The notes beneath the pieces are model-generated. The model searched no databases and was not told the origin of the DNA. It was given only the letters and a program-made list of their open reading frames with translations. 14,612 nt of DNA from an uncultured Phycisphaeraceae bacterium (GTDB lineage: Bacteria; Planctomycetota; Phycisphaerae; UBA1845), in NCBI GenBank assembly GCA_964548955.1, contig CAZJTP010000110.1, positions 1 through 14,612 on the forward strand. Direction: 5' to 3'. The position numbers and the translations under genes are program-made. Shown here one piece after another: positions 14,068 to 14,612 of this stretch (its first letter is position 1; every line of letters starts with the position of its first letter).

Positions 14068-14334
14068 CTATTGGCGTCCTTCACCGCCGCCACCATCGCT
14101 CAACGCTTCAAGGACGATCCGTTTGCAGGGCGCGGAGAGCTGGGGCCACGCCTCAACGACTTTGGCGAGACCCTGGTCACTGCAGAGCAACACCAAGCAG
14201 GACGCCAAGCCGTCTTCTCCGATGCACGTAAGTGCTTGTCTCCACAGTACTTGGAGATCTGGGGTTCGAGGTTCGATTCCCCCGGCCCCGCGGGCCTTAT
14301 GGGCGGGAAACCTCCGAGCGAGCATCAGTGCCAC
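14068..14334 (-). CDS. Possible degenerate small ORF related to 1255..1467 (motif DQGLAKVVEAWPQLSAPCKRIVLEAL)
   Basis: It shares D..LA.VV..WP.L.....(R/K)..IV with the other locus. As there, its 5' part is antisense to a tRNA-like T-arm (GGIEPRT). There is no SD or coupling evidence, and a same-phase plus-strand ORF (13813..14460) competes with it. Confidence 0.25.
   Translation of the reverse strand: MALMLARRFPAHKARGAGGIEPRTPDLQVLWRQALTCIGEDGLASCLVLLCSDQGLAKVVEAWPQLSAPCKRIVLEALSDGGGGEGRQ
14239..14291 (+). other. Degenerate tRNA-like 3' portion (anticodon-arm-like hairpin, disrupted T-arm, acceptor strand)
   Basis: TCTCCA-CAGTACT-TGGAGA (14239-14257), then GGGGTTCGAGGTTCGATTCCCCC (14261-14283), which contains a 7-nt tandem duplication GGTTCGA|GGTTCGA (14263-14276), then GGCCCCG-C. 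There is no matching 5' acceptor strand or D-arm upstream, and loop position 33 is A instead of U. Confidence 0.35.
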
Positions 14335-14537
14335 AGGTATGGCAGCAAAGTGGTAGTACTACCACAAAATGCGCCAAAACGCGTCGAAATGCGACGATTT
14401 GCGAAAACCGCGGATTCCGCTAAGCTATTTCCAACAACGGCTTTAAGCAGTAGTTTCTAGGATTTTGAGAGACGCTCTCTTCGAGGCATCATGTCAGGAT
14501 TCTTGAACCAGACATGGATGTCTGAAAGGAGAGCGTC

Positions 14538-14612
14538 ATGGATGATGCTAGGCAACTTTGGTCGTGGTGGCAATCGTTGTTGGCGGCGTTTGGGCCGGTG
14601 TTCACGCGGCCC
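14538..14612 (+). CDS. 5' end (25 codons) of a probable DDE transposase; continues beyond the window
   Basis: GAAAGGAGAG lies 7 nt upstream of the ATG. MDDARQLWSWWQSLLAAFGPVFTRP resembles the N-termini (..L...F.P.FTRP...) of IS4/IS701-like transposases as I recall them. The surrounding non-coding DNA is lower in GC. Confidence 0.35.
   Translation, partial: MDDARQLWSWWQSLLAAFGPVFTRP

Noticed and set aside
14239-14291. A complete tRNA gene (an anticodon GTA would suggest Tyr)
   Set aside because: Position 33 is A instead of U. The T-stem has mismatches and a 7-nt duplication. There is no D-arm or complementary 5' acceptor strand upstream, and bacterial tRNA-Tyr should have a long variable arm.
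13880-14295. Possible tmRNA (5' GGGGCATACGG... at 13880, T-arm-like 3' end near 14290)
   Set aside because: The 3' acceptor strand GGCCCCG-C lacks the ...CTCC-ACCA shape. It pairs only 5 bp with the putative 5' end. The T-stem is disrupted, and I could find no tag reading frame ending in an (A/L)AA-stop.
13813-14460. 215-aa plus-strand ORF spanning the region after the operon
   Set aside because: It overlaps the end of 13452..13874. It runs through the tRNA-like fragment (GSRFDSPGP is simply the T-arm translated) and into low-GC non-coding DNA. It has no SD and I recognise no family. It is kept only as a competing explanation for 14068..14334(-).
1-14612. CRISPR arrays, rRNA genes, riboswitch-like leaders
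   Set aside because: I found no regularly spaced identical repeats with unique spacers and no rRNA-like conserved blocks. The tandem repeats present are all in-frame coding repeats (FG-GAP, beta-helix coils).

Overview
High-GC (roughly 60-70% in coding lines) bacterial chromosomal window. Protein styles suggest a PVC-superphylum, Planctomycetota/Phycisphaerae-like genome: dockerin-like C-terminal tags, FG-GAP and beta-helix secreted proteins, a very long GreA. This taxonomy is inference only.

Layout, left to right:
1. An edge-truncated FG-GAP repeat gene (-), missing from the ORF track.
2. A decayed integrative-element remnant next to tRNA-Leu(UAA): a tandem Cys4 zinc-ribbon gene, a small coupled ORF, a tRNA-Ala/tmRNA-type 3' fragment, a 20-bp palindrome and an inactivated tyrosine-integrase remnant.
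3. A core-like block: a TMTC/PMT-like TPR membrane protein start/stop-overlapped with an orphan OppF/DppF-type ABC ATPase, a solo PaaA/PaaC-family ferritin-like protein (-), a 735-aa long-form GreA, and YchF.
4. An accessory block (10.3-14.6 kb): a beta-helix protein with a dockerin-like tail (-), a divergent two-gene secreted operon, a second degenerate tRNA-like fragment, and the 5' end of a transposase-like gene at the right edge.

The most interesting item is the first gene of that operon (12061..13452). After a planctomycete-style N-terminal module it carries a lower-GC segment. From my memory of HAP2/GCS1 sequences, that segment aligns with the start of domain I and with domain III of eukaryotic class II gamete fusogens (fusexins), including the paired cysteines. 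This is a recall-based hypothesis and needs profile and structure searches. No CRISPR array or rRNA was seen.
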